From NCBI GenBank assembly GCA_024704765.1, contig JAKMXF010000011.1, positions 479,557-543,556 of the forward strand: DNA of 64,000 nucleotides. Reading direction: 5' to 3'. Made by a program: the position numbers and the translations under genes. Source of the stretch: Oopsacas minuta. Its lineage: Eukaryota > Animalia > Porifera. Under the pieces are notes generated by a model. It made no database searches and was not told the DNA's origin. It saw nothing but the letters and a program-made list of their open reading frames with translations. This document shows, piece by piece, positions 48,952-61,266 of the stretch. How positions within the stretch are numbered: position 1 is the stretch's first letter; every line of letters begins with the position of its first letter.

Positions 48952-51120
48952 TTATAAAATACCAGGATTGAATTTTACACTACAAGAATATTCCCCACAA
49001 TCTGTATCTCCTTCTTTCACACTAAAAGCAGTGAAAGATACTACTTTATCGCTAGGACTAGCTTGTTTGTCTGTGGTAACTTTTGGCTTGAATTTCCGAT
49101 GTGATTTAATTGGATGTGATTTAACTTGATTTGATTTAACTTGATACTTACCCTTATTATTAACGGTCAATTCAATTACCTCATAAGCAGATTTTGGTTG
49201 TTGGTGTAAAGATATGAAATGCAATATATTGTGTGGCGGATTCATTGACTTGATTATTTCATTAGGTAATTTGGATAGAATATATCCTGATAAAGTACGT
49301 AGCGAATATGGCTTTGATGTATACTGGCGGAATTGGTTGATATTCTTCAAAACTTGAGTATCCTTTTCCTCTCCAGTTTTAGAACCATTCATACCTTCGT
49401 AAATATCTAGAAAAGTAATTCCTTGAGAATTTAATGCAAACGGGTACGCACCTAGATAATCTAAAAGATACTCCATGCAATTCACTCGACCTAATTTAGC
49501 CAAAATATGCAGGCAGGTGTTTTTCTCAGTCTCATCGCGATTGTTAACTTGGAAAGATAAAGATCCAAGTATTCTCATGAAAATGTGATGTTCTGCATTT
49601 CGATTGACATTCTGTTTCTCCATCTCATCTCCTTTCTCCCAGACTGAACCTATCTCACCACGTTGCACTGGGTATGATGTTTTGATATGGATTATATCGA
49701 ATAGATTGAAATTCTGAAGGAAATAATGTGCTAGAGTATTAAAGGTAAATATTTGGGATCGAATTAAGTCTTCTTTTAAATGATACACTTTTGATTCGTC
49801 AAATGGACGATGTAGTACCCACAATTCCAACAGGATTAGTAAGCGAACTAGCAAATATTTTATCCCAGAAGCAAGCTCAGAGTTTGATTCTATTCGGGAA
49901 ATAAGATCAATAAAAAATGGACCAATTTGGGAAACATCGAACTCTGGTTTAGAAATAAGGTACTGGAATAAGGAAAATACTCCTTCAATCTTAGAAAGAC
50001 TTCCATCAATCTTGTACGGCAAAATCCAGTTAAGTATATTAGCATTGTCTAGGTAAAGCAAAAAGCAATCAACTGAAAATATCTCTAATCTCCAGATCTG
50101 AGGGGAAGTAAATACGAAATTAAGCGAACTCTTAAGAGGAGATTTCCCCAGACAATTCAATTCACCCTTAATTCTGAAATATGAAAGGAAATTGGCTAAA
50201 TCAAAGTATTGCATAACAAACAAGAGAGATTTGAGTTCCTCATTCACCTCTAAACTCTTCTCTTCACTAATAAAGAACTGATGCGACATTTCATATATGG
50301 AATTGTATCTCAGTTTAATATTAGATTGATTTAGCTTTGATACTAAATTGTGTGTTCTATAAATAATGTCTAAACCGTGTTTGACAGAAATTAACTGCAA
50401 ACGAGAACAATATTGAAGATTGACTTCAATAATATTTCGAATTGTTAACGAGAAGTGCGACAGAAGAAGCTCGGATATTTCTTCATAACATTCAATTTCT
50501 GATTGTTTTTTAGGTAATGATTTCATTCTAGCTGCCAAATTAACTGCTATCATGACTGGGTTGAATCCATATGAATCGCTAATATTCAAACTTCCTCGAT
50601 CAAGTAACAGCTTTATTATTCCTATTTTACGTTTCAGAGTTAAAATTGGGTTTCTCTCGGGTTCTTTCACTTTATTCCTTGCCTCAAATGACTGAATTTC
50701 CCTTAGCTTTTCAAAATCATTATATTCCGACCCGACTAATACAGGGTTAAGGACATATAGCAATGCACTTGAACGACCTCTGTGCGTTTTCTGAAGATTT
50801 ACATTACATCCATGGTCCAAAAGATATACTAACATATCGTAGAACATTCCATCATGTTTTGGAAAAGTGTTGGGTCGAGGCAAATGATACTGTATACACC
50901 GATTTATGAGAGAATAACCACAACTATCAAAAACGTTGGGATCTCCAGTTTTGAAGTATTCATCTAATTCTTTGTACTTTAAGTCACATAGCAATTCAAA
51001 TACTGAGACTTTACTCTCTGACTTACTTGGATCGAATTGAAATTCTGAAGGGAGAGTTAGGTCTTGAGAAAATTGATAAGATGGAGAGTCTTTAGATGGA
51101 AATACAACTATTCTCTTCAT
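48952..51120 (-). CDS. Divergent ankyrin-repeat protein with C-terminal BC-box/SOCS-like motif (FEM1-like), intronless
   Basis: Ankyrin-like motifs YLLDHGCNVN, IIKLLLDRG, FNPVMIAV, and NTCLHILAKLGRVNCMEYLLDYLGAYPFALNSQGITFLD. Then PYSLRTLSGYIL. First ATG is at 51120; the ORF track starts at TTG 51138. Confidence 0.6.
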   Translation of the reverse strand: MKRIVVFPSKDSPSYQFSQDLTLPSEFQFDPSKSESKVSVFELLCDLKYKELDEYFKTGDPNVFDSCGYSLINRCIQYHLPRPNTFPKHDGMFYDMLVYLLDHGCNVNLQKTHRGRSSALLYVLNPVLVGSEYNDFEKLREIQSFEARNKVKEPERNPILTLKRKIGIIKLLLDRGSLNISDSYGFNPVMIAVNLAARMKSLPKKQSEIECYEEISELLLSHFSLTIRNIIEVNLQYCSRLQLISVKHGLDIIYRTHNLVSKLNQSNIKLRYNSIYEMSHQFFISEEKSLEVNEELKSLLFVMQYFDLANFLSYFRIKGELNCLGKSPLKSSLNFVFTSPQIWRLEIFSVDCFLLYLDNANILNWILPYKIDGSLSKIEGVFSLFQYLISKPEFDVSQIGPFFIDLISRIESNSELASGIKYLLVRLLILLELWVLHRPFDESKVYHLKEDLIRSQIFTFNTLAHYFLQNFNLFDIIHIKTSYPVQRGEIGSVWEKGDEMEKQNVNRNAEHHIFMRILGSLSFQVNNRDETEKNTCLHILAKLGRVNCMEYLLDYLGAYPFALNSQGITFLDIYEGMNGSKTGEEKDTQVLKNINQFRQYTSKPYSLRTLSGYILSKLPNEIIKSMNPPHNILHFISLHQQPKSAYEVIELTVNNKGKYQVKSNQVKSHPIKSHRKFKPKVTTDKQASPSDKVVSFTAFSVKEGDTDCGEYSCSVKFNPGIL

Positions 51121-51474
51121 TCGAGTATTTGTTATCAAATTATATGATAGAGGTTCTAAGAATACAAATCAAGAATGCATGAATTACAGTAGTCTCATTG
51201 AATACCAAAAATAGCATTTAACAGGTAGAATTGGAATTGATCGAAAATCTTCTAATTCTATTGTTAAGTTGGCAATTTTATATAAAGTTTAAAATTTAGA
51301 ACCACTAAAGTGGAAGGTCATTTTGAGACTAGCAAACTCCTTCCAAGAAACTTCCAAGAAGCTTCCATTTGATTTAGCATTAATAACCCCTAAAGGTTGG
51401 AATAAGAACATACGTATCCAATTAATACCAATTAATGAAATTAGCTATTTGTCGATATGCACATATGCATAATA

Positions 51475-52781
51475 CGAAGGGCACTCGAAAAGTTTTGACG
51501 TTGACCGACATATCAGATAGTAATAATAAAATTGACTATTACATTTTTCAATTACTCTCCCTGACAATCTATACATTTTTTCATTCTGGTAACCAATTAT
51601 CAAACACATTTTTTCCAGTCTTCTTTGGGTATGTCTCCGATCGCTTGGAAAAGTGCCCCTCTTAACTCCTCATTAGTCGAAAATCTCCTCCCACGTAATT
51701 GATCCTTGAGTCTAGGGAACAACCAGAAGTCGCAAGGGGCTAAATCAGGACTGTAGGGTGGGTGAGGTAATGTTTTGAGTCCAGAATTTTCCAAAAACTC
51801 ACGAGTTCTGATTGCCGTATGCGATGATGCATTACCATGATGAAGAAGAATTCCTCTAATGCCTGTCTTCTCTCGCTGTGACTCAATTGCTGTGATGACT
51901 TTGGGTAGGCACACTGTAGTGTACCAGTCGGCAGTAACAGTCTTTCTATCCTCGAGAGCAACAGCTTCGACAAACCAACTAGATCTGAAAAAAATTGCCC
52001 ACATTTGTTTCCCAACAGGTCTAGCCCTCTGCACTTTGGTTAGAGGTGGGGCATCTTCTTCAACCCACTCCTTTGACATCCGCTTTGTTTCTGTATCATA
52101 ATGGTATATCCATGTCTCATCACCTGTAAGGATCTCAGAAACAGCTCTTGAACTTCCATTAGCAAACCTTTTGAGCATAATTTTGCAAAAGTCTATGCGG
52201 GATATTTTTTGCTGTAAGTTCAAAGAATGGGGGATCCATCGGGCACACAACTTCCTGACACAAAGCTCTTTGTGCAAAATGATATTAATTGTCCCCGATG
52301 ATAACTCGGTTTTATACTCTAACTGAGCGTACGTAATATGAGGATCTTTAGTAGTTAGATCTAGCATTTCGTTAACATTTTCTCCATTATGTGAATATTC
52401 GGTCTTCCTGAAAGAGGGGCATCTTCAAGAACAAAGTTTCCGTGAATAAATTCCCTGTACCATCGTTCAACTGTGCTTAGAGAAGGAGCTAGATCCGGGT
52501 AATGTTCCTGTAAAGATTCATAGATTTCTACTCTTGTCTTCTGTAGTTTGAATAAGATCAAAATCATTGCTCGAAAATCACGTTTTGTGAGATCTGATTT
52601 AGATTGAGATATTTTAGAAGGCATGTATACTAAAATTATCTAATTTATGAAAGTAGAAGAGATAAATGAATGAAAGTTTCAAAGTAGAGTAATAAAATAT
52701 GTCTGAAAAGATGGATGCGGAAAAATATCCGACAGATTAATGGTTTCATATCAAACGGCAAAACTTTTCGAGTGCCCCTCG
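51475..52781 (-). mobile_element. Full-length (1,307 bp) mariner DD34D element, inactivated
   Basis: TA TSDs at 51473-51474 and 52782-52783. TIR CGA(A/G)GGGCACTCGAAAAGTTTTG. Transposase ILTGDETW, HHGNASSH (catalytic D changed to G), and HPPYSPDLAPCDFWLFP. Frameshifts near 52365 and 51600. Confidence 0.95.
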
Positions 52782-53138
52782 TAGTAGTGAGCAACTGCAA
52801 ACTGTTTTGCTTCAATAGTAAATACGTTGTTAAATGCGCCATACTGAATACAAATCATTTAAACTGTGATATTCAAGTGGTTAACTTCGCTTCTGGCCCA
52901 CTGGCCTGGATATGAACGCCAAAACCCAAAAGCAAAGAAGAACTATTCCCTAATAAAAAACTTAAAAGTATTCCTGGAATTTTGGCGCCGCTGTTAAAAA
53001 CTTAAGATGATAATTAGTTGTATAATTAGAACACATAAACCTGTGGTAATCATTGAGAAAGATAAACACAGGACTACTTAATCTAACAAACAAATGCAAT
53101 GAATTATTATTACTTACAACAAGAAAGAATTGATAAAA

Positions 53139-55872
53139 CTAGATTTGTCTTTTTTCAGTCCTAGAAGCTATAAATCTGGTCAAGGACTCATGTGCGACTG
53201 AAAATCGAGGAAAAGATTGAGCTTTCTCTCTTGCCCATTTCGACAAAGAATTATAGTAAGATTGATTGCTAAATCGAGCATCCACCAATAAAATAGCTCC
53301 CCAATCATTTTTATGTCTAATACAGCGACCTAGAGCTTGGTTTAAAGCTCTGAAAGCTTCTACTTCATACCACTGAGATCCAGAAAGGAGGCTGGTGCAA
53401 CCGTCTCGCCTCCTACGGTCATTATACCCCCTCTTCTGCTGTACTTGATGATCTTTAAAGTTAGGGAATGGAATGCCTATACAGACTACAGCTCTTGCTT
53501 GAGCATCTGCAAAATCTATTCCTTCAGAAATCTTTCCTCTACACACACCGATCAACAAGCTCCCTCTACCTTTAGTTATTGACTCGAAATAGCTGTTCAT
53601 ATCCTCTTTGAATGCGTCAGCTTTACCGGACCCGCGCGGCTCCCAAACTACGTGTTTTAACTACAAAAATATATAATTGGTAAATATACCAAATCTAGGC
53701 ATTTTGTTGGTGTTCTTCTTGGCAGTGCAAATTAATGATTTGTCTACGACCACTATTGTAGGGACCTGATTTTGTGTAAATAGTTGTTCTTATTATCCGG
53801 AAATTAGTATCAACCGTGTTCGTATTAACGAAGTTCTATTGTACGTATATTACTTTACGTTGGCAACGTGGTCTAATAGATAAATTCAGAATAATTCATC
53901 ACTTAATTGTGCTGGATAGGGGTTAGGGGTAATTGGTAAGGTTATTAAGAATTCAACTACAGTTGATACCGGTCTATAGAACATCGTCGGGAATTGAATC
54001 GTACTTATAACCTGTCTATAGGGGTATATACCAACAGTTTTGGAGAACAATACTCGTAAAATTGGTGGTAATTCCATGGAGTATAATCCTTAATATATCG
54101 AGTTCTTATATCCGGCTCTACTGTAGCATAAGGAAGAAAAGACAGTTCCCCCTCGCTCTTTCGATCGTTGTCTCATCTTCCTACTATAATCGCTGTCATA
54201 TTTAGACAAATTTTCATCCCTACCTCTTCGCTTTGGGATTTCTAGTTACTCGCCAGAAATAATATATGAAATAATTCGTGTTTCTAAGATGTATTAAATA
54301 ATTATTCTAGAATAATGAAACTCACCTCGCATAACCTTTTAACAACTCCAATACTCTTCCATCTCTCTCTAAGCTTATCCATAACAGAGTAGCTAGGTAG
54401 GAAACACAAAACTCCATCTGGTACACTTTCACACACACTCTCAATCACATGACCTATTTCATCTTGTGTGGAGAACTGCTCCAGTCCCCTATAAGTAGCC
54501 TCTATTCTAACTTCCTGTGGTCCTGTACTAAGCATACCTATCCACACCTGTTCTGGCTTTATTATATGATTAGCTGAGAATTTCTGTGTAAACTCACAAT
54601 TAAGTTCAGATACGAATGACGTCATCGGTGTAAGAGTACCAGATGTTAATATTATACTGTGTGTCGTGGATAGAGCTTCAAAAGCAACAGCTGGGTTAAG
54701 ACAGCAGAAATTAAGTGTTCTCTCCCAACTGGGCGCCTTGGTTGTTGAAATCCATCCTTTATTCTTCTCTACGTATCCGTGCTTACTGATTGGCTTTTTG
54801 GTAATAGAAACAATATAGTCCTCTGTATATTTGTTATCAGGTCGTAGGATATTGCTAAGAACAACAAACAACCATTCTAACATTGTTACTGTACTATTGG
54901 AGAGAATCTTAAATCGACTCGTCTCCTCGTTATTTTCATCAAATATCTTGTCTTCATCTTCATCTTTCTTCTGAAATAGAACTTCAAACAAGCACTCAAT
55001 ATGTTTCTACAGAGGATGGGTTTAGTGACAGTAGACTCTCGTTAATACGCACACCAGGGACTGCCAAAATTCGTACTCACTATCTGGAATACTTATTATC
55101 CGAACTAATTTACATTGAAAAGGCATCGAAGGGGACTGATAAAGTGTACAAAATTGTACTCCTTATCCGGAGTTACCCCTTAACCACGTTCGTATTAACG
55201 AGACTCTACTGTATTTGTTTGTTTAGGACACTCAAGAAAATGTACCAGACATTAGGTGATGTGGCATCATTATATGATACGGAAAATCTTATAAGATCTA
55301 CGATTGAAATTTACTGGAAGTATTACAAGTGATTCTCCTTACAATACCTGTAACGGAATCATCTCCATCAAAGTTAATACTAACATTATTCGGTTAATTG
55401 GGATAAACTCCGCTAATCGAGTGGAAATTAGCAACTCTATCAAGACGAAATTCCTCTGATGTGAGTAAATTCTAATAAGCTTATTAATGAAATAAACTTC
55501 GTTAAATAGGCACAAAATATGTACATAGCTGAGTAAATGAAAACTCACATTTTGTAACTGCATTATATTGTGTGTAAGTCCGAATGACTCGAACTCCTTC
55601 ACAGCATCAAGACCTAACCAGGAATGAGAATAATTCTCAAAAGATTCCTGCTCTAGGAATTGGTCTTGTCCACATAACCATGACATTAGGCTCAGTGACA
55701 TAGCACTGAGATGTTTCAGAGCGGATTTTACATCTTCGCCGGCGTTAGGCATTTTGTGTGGAGCAGATTCAAACTCATTCCTAGCCAAGTCTAGTTGTGA
55801 CTGAGTGATTTGTGTAGAAGCAGAGTCTCTAGAGATATTCTCTATGTTGTGAGCTTCATCCAGTACAACAAC
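53139..55872 (-). CDS. BRIP1: FANCJ/BRIP1 DEAH helicase, 3' three exons only (55872-55549, 55006-54326, 53660-53139)
   Basis: VVVLDEAHNIE (motif II), CLNPAVAF, IILTSGTLTPM, GVLCFLPSY, VCRGKISEGIDF, QWYEVEAFRALNQALGRCIRHKNDWGAILLVDARF. Phase-0 GT-AG junctions. No motif I or Fe-S exons were found in the window. Confidence 0.85.
55029..55211. mobile_element. pogo/Tigger-like MITE in a FANCJ intron
   Basis: 21-bp TIR CAGTAGA(C/G)TCTCGTTAATACG; TA on the right flank. Confidence 0.8.
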
Positions 55873-56530
55873 CTGAAGATATTGTTAAAGAATAACAACT
55901 TACATTTACGGAAGAATTAGCGGTAAATAAATGTTAGTATTTTCATCAGATACAATTAAGATCTAAGCTGGATTTATGTCTATCACTGAAATCGATAAGT
56001 TTCATTCCAAAAGTCAGTCAACAGACTGGGAGTGCTACAGGACAGGAGGACATAGACAATCCAATACTTTAATTTATGAACAAAATTGTTAGAATAACAC
56101 TAATGATTCTAGGATAGAGGAGTTAAAGACCGGATGTGGATAAGGACTGAATCCACTCGAACCATATGGTTCCGGTTGTATCGTTGTATAATAATATAAC
56201 TTATTAATGAATAATTATTGTGAATGTAAGCATTCTCCAAAGAGGCCTCTGGTCTTACAGCTATGCAGTCAAATCATGATTAGTGTCATATAAAATAAAT
56301 ACGTACTTGCTTCTCACTCAGAATTTCTTATGAAACTAGGACAAACGGACGAAAATACAAATAAAATCATCCGGATGCGGGACAAAATTTAGGAAGGGAG
56401 GGAGAAACAAGAATATTACTGTGCATGGTCTTAGATGAATCCAGTGAGTAAATATAGATTACATTAATTTATAATAACTAGAGGAATAAAATTTCAAATC
56501 TCAAAGAATAACAAAACACGTATAGTTAAA

Positions 56531-58927
56531 CTATAAAACAAGTAAAAAAAAGTTAAGATATAGGACAAGAAAGCACGCTATTACTAAGAGAGAGAAGAAT
56601 GGTAGAAGAGAATGGCCACTGCTATTGAGTAGAGTATGACATTCTTCAAGGTCATCCACTACATTAATCTTCCATCCCAATAGACGATGTGTAGCACATT
56701 GGTAATACACTAGATCACTTGTATTTGAATCAGGTGTCCATTCAAAACTACCTGATGTAACACTACTACCACAAGAGTAAACAAGTGTGTTCTTGTATTC
56801 TTCAAAGGTGTTAAAGTTATCACCATTTCCCTGTGTTTCTGTCCATTCACAGTACGGACCTACACTCAGATCTGAAACTGTTTCAGATACTTCATTGTAG
56901 CCTAAACCTGCCAAAACAGTCTCAGTGATGGTTAGTTCAGCGAGTGCAAGTGCACTAATGCCTCCTTCGTTAGAGTTCGTGATGTAGAGAGGATGGTACC
57001 GAGCTGAGTCGGCAGGATCGTTACCTCCATTAACATGGAAAGTAACTGTTGTTCCACGCAATACATATACCTCAGGGATAAGTATGTCATTCAGATACCA
57101 AGCTATACCCCACCCATCTTTACCAGTAATTGCTTTGTAGCCTTGACTCCCACCTGTATTACCAATGGAGGCTTGTATTTCACTATTCATAGAGTTGATA
57201 CAGAGTGGAGGAATTTCCCAAGGTGTGGCTGGAGCAGGTGTAGACATGGGACACTCTAAAGGTTGAGGACAAGTAGAGGTACTATCATAATCAATCTGTA
57301 TAGGGGAAGAAACAGAGATACGCTCGCTAGTTGCATGACGTAATACCCATCTCTCACTAGTGGGAGAGGAGAATGTTCCTCCACGCGCCCAAATAATGTA
57401 CTGAGGTGTGCCCGGTGTGAAATCTCTATCATGACTATCTGTAGTTGTGACAGCTCGAGTTGTAGTGAAGGTTGTCAAGGCATTTATACTTTCAACTTGT
57501 GTATTGATGTAATTATTCGCACCACCCGTGAGAACTGTATCAGGACAAGCTCCATTATAACTCCCACCAGATAATGCACACTGTGATCTAATCGTCAGGT
57601 CATAATCTGAACAATCCACCACACCTGTTGTAGAGTATTGACACACTACAACATCACCGTTTGGAGCCATGGCTACTCCACTGCTACTAGCACTCAATCC
57701 AAATGCAAAGTACTGATTAGCTTCCAAGTTGCAAGTATGGAATCTAAACGTGACCATGCTATTCGTGGGGTCATAGCGGTATTCCAATTGATCAGTACTA
57801 CTGAGATCTTGACATTGGAAACTAGGCGCAGTTGTTTGCGTTACTGTTTTACAAATGGGAGGACAATTCGTGCATCCATATTCAGTGCTGAAATAGACCT
57901 GACCGAATGAGGTTGAAGCCTGTACACAGTATAAACCAAGGAAATTCGTATTACACACATCAAAGTCGGTTGGAAGTGTTAAAACAATGTTAGCATTGTT
58001 ACGAGTGCCTAGTGCAGCTAAGCTGCCTTTTTCACTAGCAACTATGAAGCCGTCATGCACATTACTAGTGGATCCAGCCCAATACCATGTAGCAGGGGCA
58101 CTCCCATCGAAATACAAGTTTTTTAGCCCTATCGTATTCGGTCCTAGCACATAGACCTTTGCAGAAACACCATGAGTAGGAGGAGAATTACCCAGCATTA
58201 CAAATCCGTATGTTGTACTGCATTCAAATGAATCAGAGGATTGAGGTATGCTTATATGTCCAAATGATTGCGAGACGGCTTCACACCAAACCGAGAGAGA
58301 TCTGTAGCCTGTGTGTACACCTCCTATTGGGAGTGTAACATTTGTGTCCTGGTTATTCACATCATCTACTCTCGCATATCTACCATTATATCCTGCTCTA
58401 ACACCAGATCCTGTGGGTATTGCATTTGTATCCAACCACATGTATGCTGCTGGAGCATTTCCGTCTAGATAGAGACCTGCTACGAACAGTCGTCTATTCA
58501 AAGCATCGTAAAACACATCACCAGCTAAAGAATGATATGTACTCGCGCCGTTTCTAGAAAATTTTCCCAGATACTCAGCACTACAAGGAATTTGGATATT
58601 TCCTGGTACATCAAATGATGTTATCAGCTGATCCCCACTGGCTGTACGAACCTCAATGGGTGATACATTCAACCAGTCATCATCCCCATCTAGCATCATG
58701 TTTACATTGGAGAGAGCACTATTGGTTGTAGCAGTAACTTGATTACCTCCTGAACCTCCTCTGAATACTACAGCCTCATTCGCTGAGAAACCCTTCAGGA
58801 ATAATGTGTTAGCATCTATCAAGTAGATTGTACCACTAGTTGTACCTACACCCACTGTTCCTAGTCTATAGAATGCATGTCCTTCATATATTATCTGTAG
58901 CAACAGTACCAACGATAATACCTTCAT
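56531..58927 (-). CDS. Knickkopf/Skeletor-like secreted or GPI-anchored protein: DM13 x3 (first divergent), DOMON, C-terminal Skeletor-type domain; intronless
   Basis: Signal peptide MKVLSLVLLLQIIYEGHA. DM13 motifs LYLDGNAPAAYMW...SLSVWCEAVSQSFGHI and LYFDGSAPATWYW...LGLYCVQASTSFGQV. DOMON with Met (AMAPNGDVVV) and His (VLRH). GISGWGIAWY-like GKDGWGIAWYLND...PE...YHPLYIT...VYYQCATHRLLGWKINVVD. Hydrophobic C-terminus. Confidence 0.9.
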   Translation of the reverse strand: MKVLSLVLLLQIIYEGHAFYRLGTVGVGTTSGTIYLIDANTLFLKGFSANEAVVFRGGSGGNQVTATTNSALSNVNMMLDGDDDWLNVSPIEVRTASGDQLITSFDVPGNIQIPCSAEYLGKFSRNGASTYHSLAGDVFYDALNRRLFVAGLYLDGNAPAAYMWLDTNAIPTGSGVRAGYNGRYARVDDVNNQDTNVTLPIGGVHTGYRSLSVWCEAVSQSFGHISIPQSSDSFECSTTYGFVMLGNSPPTHGVSAKVYVLGPNTIGLKNLYFDGSAPATWYWAGSTSNVHDGFIVASEKGSLAALGTRNNANIVLTLPTDFDVCNTNFLGLYCVQASTSFGQVYFSTEYGCTNCPPICKTVTQTTAPSFQCQDLSSTDQLEYRYDPTNSMVTFRFHTCNLEANQYFAFGLSASSSGVAMAPNGDVVVCQYSTTGVVDCSDYDLTIRSQCALSGGSYNGACPDTVLTGGANNYINTQVESINALTTFTTTRAVTTTDSHDRDFTPGTPQYIIWARGGTFSSPTSERWVLRHATSERISVSSPIQIDYDSTSTCPQPLECPMSTPAPATPWEIPPLCINSMNSEIQASIGNTGGSQGYKAITGKDGWGIAWYLNDILIPEVYVLRGTTVTFHVNGGNDPADSARYHPLYITNSNEGGISALALAELTITETVLAGLGYNEVSETVSDLSVGPYCEWTETQGNGDNFNTFEEYKNTLVYSCGSSVTSGSFEWTPDSNTSDLVYYQCATHRLLGWKINVVDDLEECHTLLNSSGHSLLPFFSLLVIACFLVLYLNFFLLVL

Positions 58928-59106
58928 TTTCGGATCTGATATTATGGAAGCTAATTGTATTGGTACACACAATTTATGCAAATCAGCTAAATTCTTACAG
59001 AATATATACTAACATCATTAAAGCAACTAGACGCATGTTTTAGTACGGGTAGATGACGTCATGCCCACCCACCCTATACACTTTGTATTACGGTGAAGCA
59101 AATCTA

Positions 59107-60458
59107 CAGTCTGTCCAAGAATTATTGCAACACCAAGCCATTTATAGTCAAACCACAATTTACTGAATACGCAACTAGCTATATACTTGAAACATTCGAA
59201 TTACAAAAACTTATACGTTACCTCTCTATTCCGTTTAAATTTCTTTGAATTACATTATTATTGTTCTCAGTCACTTAATACATAATTATGACGTCACTGT
59301 TTTAATGGAATTCATTCGTAATCAGCGTTTTTCCCTTAACTATTTAGCATAGATTATTTCAATGGCTCAAGAGTCGTCCAGAATAAAGATTGAGACTCTG
59401 TTGAATGGAGGTAAACATACGCCGACTGAGATTTCACGACTTTTGAAAGTGAATCGGAACTGTCTATAGGGTGAAAAAACGACTTGATGCCGGTGTTTCC
59501 ATTAAACACAAACAACGAGGTGGGAGACCTGGCAAAATATGCAAGAGCATCAAGTATTCTGCTGCACAGATAATTAAATCAGATCCAGAGATAAGTTTAC
59601 ACAAACTGGCCAATAAATTAACAGAGAAAAAGAAGAAGAAAGTTTGTAAGAGTATTGTTCATTGGACACTGAGTGGTCTAAAGCATTCTAAGCCTTTCCC
59701 GCACAAATTCCGTTGTTATCTGAAAAAAATCGGTTGTTTAGGGTTGAGTGGGCGCGTAAAAACATGAATAATTATGGTGCTGGGCTGTTTTTGCGGATGA
59801 AGCATCTTTTTGGTTGAATAGGGGGAGAGTCAGAATGTGGACAAAATCGGAAGAAAAAACGGTTCCAAAAAACAACGAAGCATTCGTCAAAATTACACAT
59901 TTGGGCGGCATTTTCGTCTTTTGGGACGTTTCCTATCTGTATTTTTCGACAGAACCTAGACGCGAAGCTGTTTGTTAATATTTTAAAATGGCATCTAATC
60001 GACCAAGCAGAGGTATTTCATAGAAACCGCTGGTTTCTTGTTCAAGACAATGATCCTAAGCACAAATCAAAGTTAGTCAAAGGATGGGTGTCTGAGAATA
60101 TGCCAAAAGTGTGTTTGAATGGCCAAATCAATCACCAGATCTTAACCCTATCGAAAATGTGTTTGCAGTCTTGAAGGGTCATGTAAGCAAACAACATCCT
60201 AAGAACTTAGCAGAGCTGGAAACTTCTATTTTGGGAGTTTGGGATTCACTGTCACCGGAATTCCTAAGATCTTATTGGAAACCAATGAAGCGTAGGTGTC
60301 AGATGGTGATTGACAATAACGGAAATAAGATTAACTACTAATTTGAGCATACTGTAAACAAATTGATATCACCTTAAACAATATATTACATAAAATTCAG
60401 ATGTTTTTATAGAATAACATTTACTTTAACAGTGTTGCAATAATTCTTGGACAGACTG
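59107..60458 (+). mobile_element. Tc1-family element (1,352 bp) with frameshifted DDE transposase (59362-60341)
   Basis: Perfect 27-bp TIR CAGTCTGTCCAAGAATTATTGCAACAC with TA on both sides. Motifs FADEASF, VQDNDPKH and WPNQSPDLNPIENVF are spread over several frames. Confidence 0.95.
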
Positions 60459-61266
60459 TATGTGGGCACGTGCCTACCCAAAATGGCTCTAGTTGCGAAT
60501 ATGACTGACAGTAATTACAAAATTTGAGAACTGGTAAATTAATCTCTTATAATTAAGCTTAATTTTATTTATATACTACTGAGTATCCCATGGTCTAGGG
60601 TAAAGTATCCATGCATTTATCACAAATAGAATTATAAATAATATTAACCTTATTTGGAAGGATAGATCATGTTGTAAGTACATAATTGCATAAATTATGT
60701 AACCTATAGTGTATAGATATACCTGTAGATTAGGAGAAATAGCACTAGCCTGAAATACGTGAGCACATGCTTTCTCAAAAGAGTCTAAAGAATATCAGTA
60801 ATATACTTGAGAAACCTTACAGTAGAACTATAGCAAACTTCCCAACCTAATCAATTGCAATTCCTGAATATTAATCATGATCAAAGCTGGCCACTAACCA
60901 GTTAATCCATTAATCGTTAATTAACGAAGCCAAATTTTTCATTAACTGACCAACTAACTTCCGTTACAAATCCGTTAAAGTAAATTTGAACTTTTGGAAG
61001 TTTCAAATATTTGCAGATTTCAATACAGGCACTGATTTGAGTTTATACAATCAGTAGAGATTATCTGTAATTTTGAGTATAACTTTGGCTCTGAAACGCA
61101 TATGGTGTGGTCAGGGGAGTGTACACATATAAAAATTAAAAAAGCAGAACCGCTCATTTCAGAACTGGGCACTATACTATAGTTATAGTCGGCCCAGTAA
61201 AAACTGATTTTGTTGTAGTTTGTATAATATATTAACCTTAACGGTTTATAGTCAACTTCTGTTACA

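Noticed and set aside
55930-56010. MKLIDFSDRHKSSLDLN as the FANCJ exon preceding motif II
   Set aside because: There is only superficial similarity to LLDAQIRESMDLN. It lacks the YNYL context, has stops on both sides, and has no convincing splice sites.
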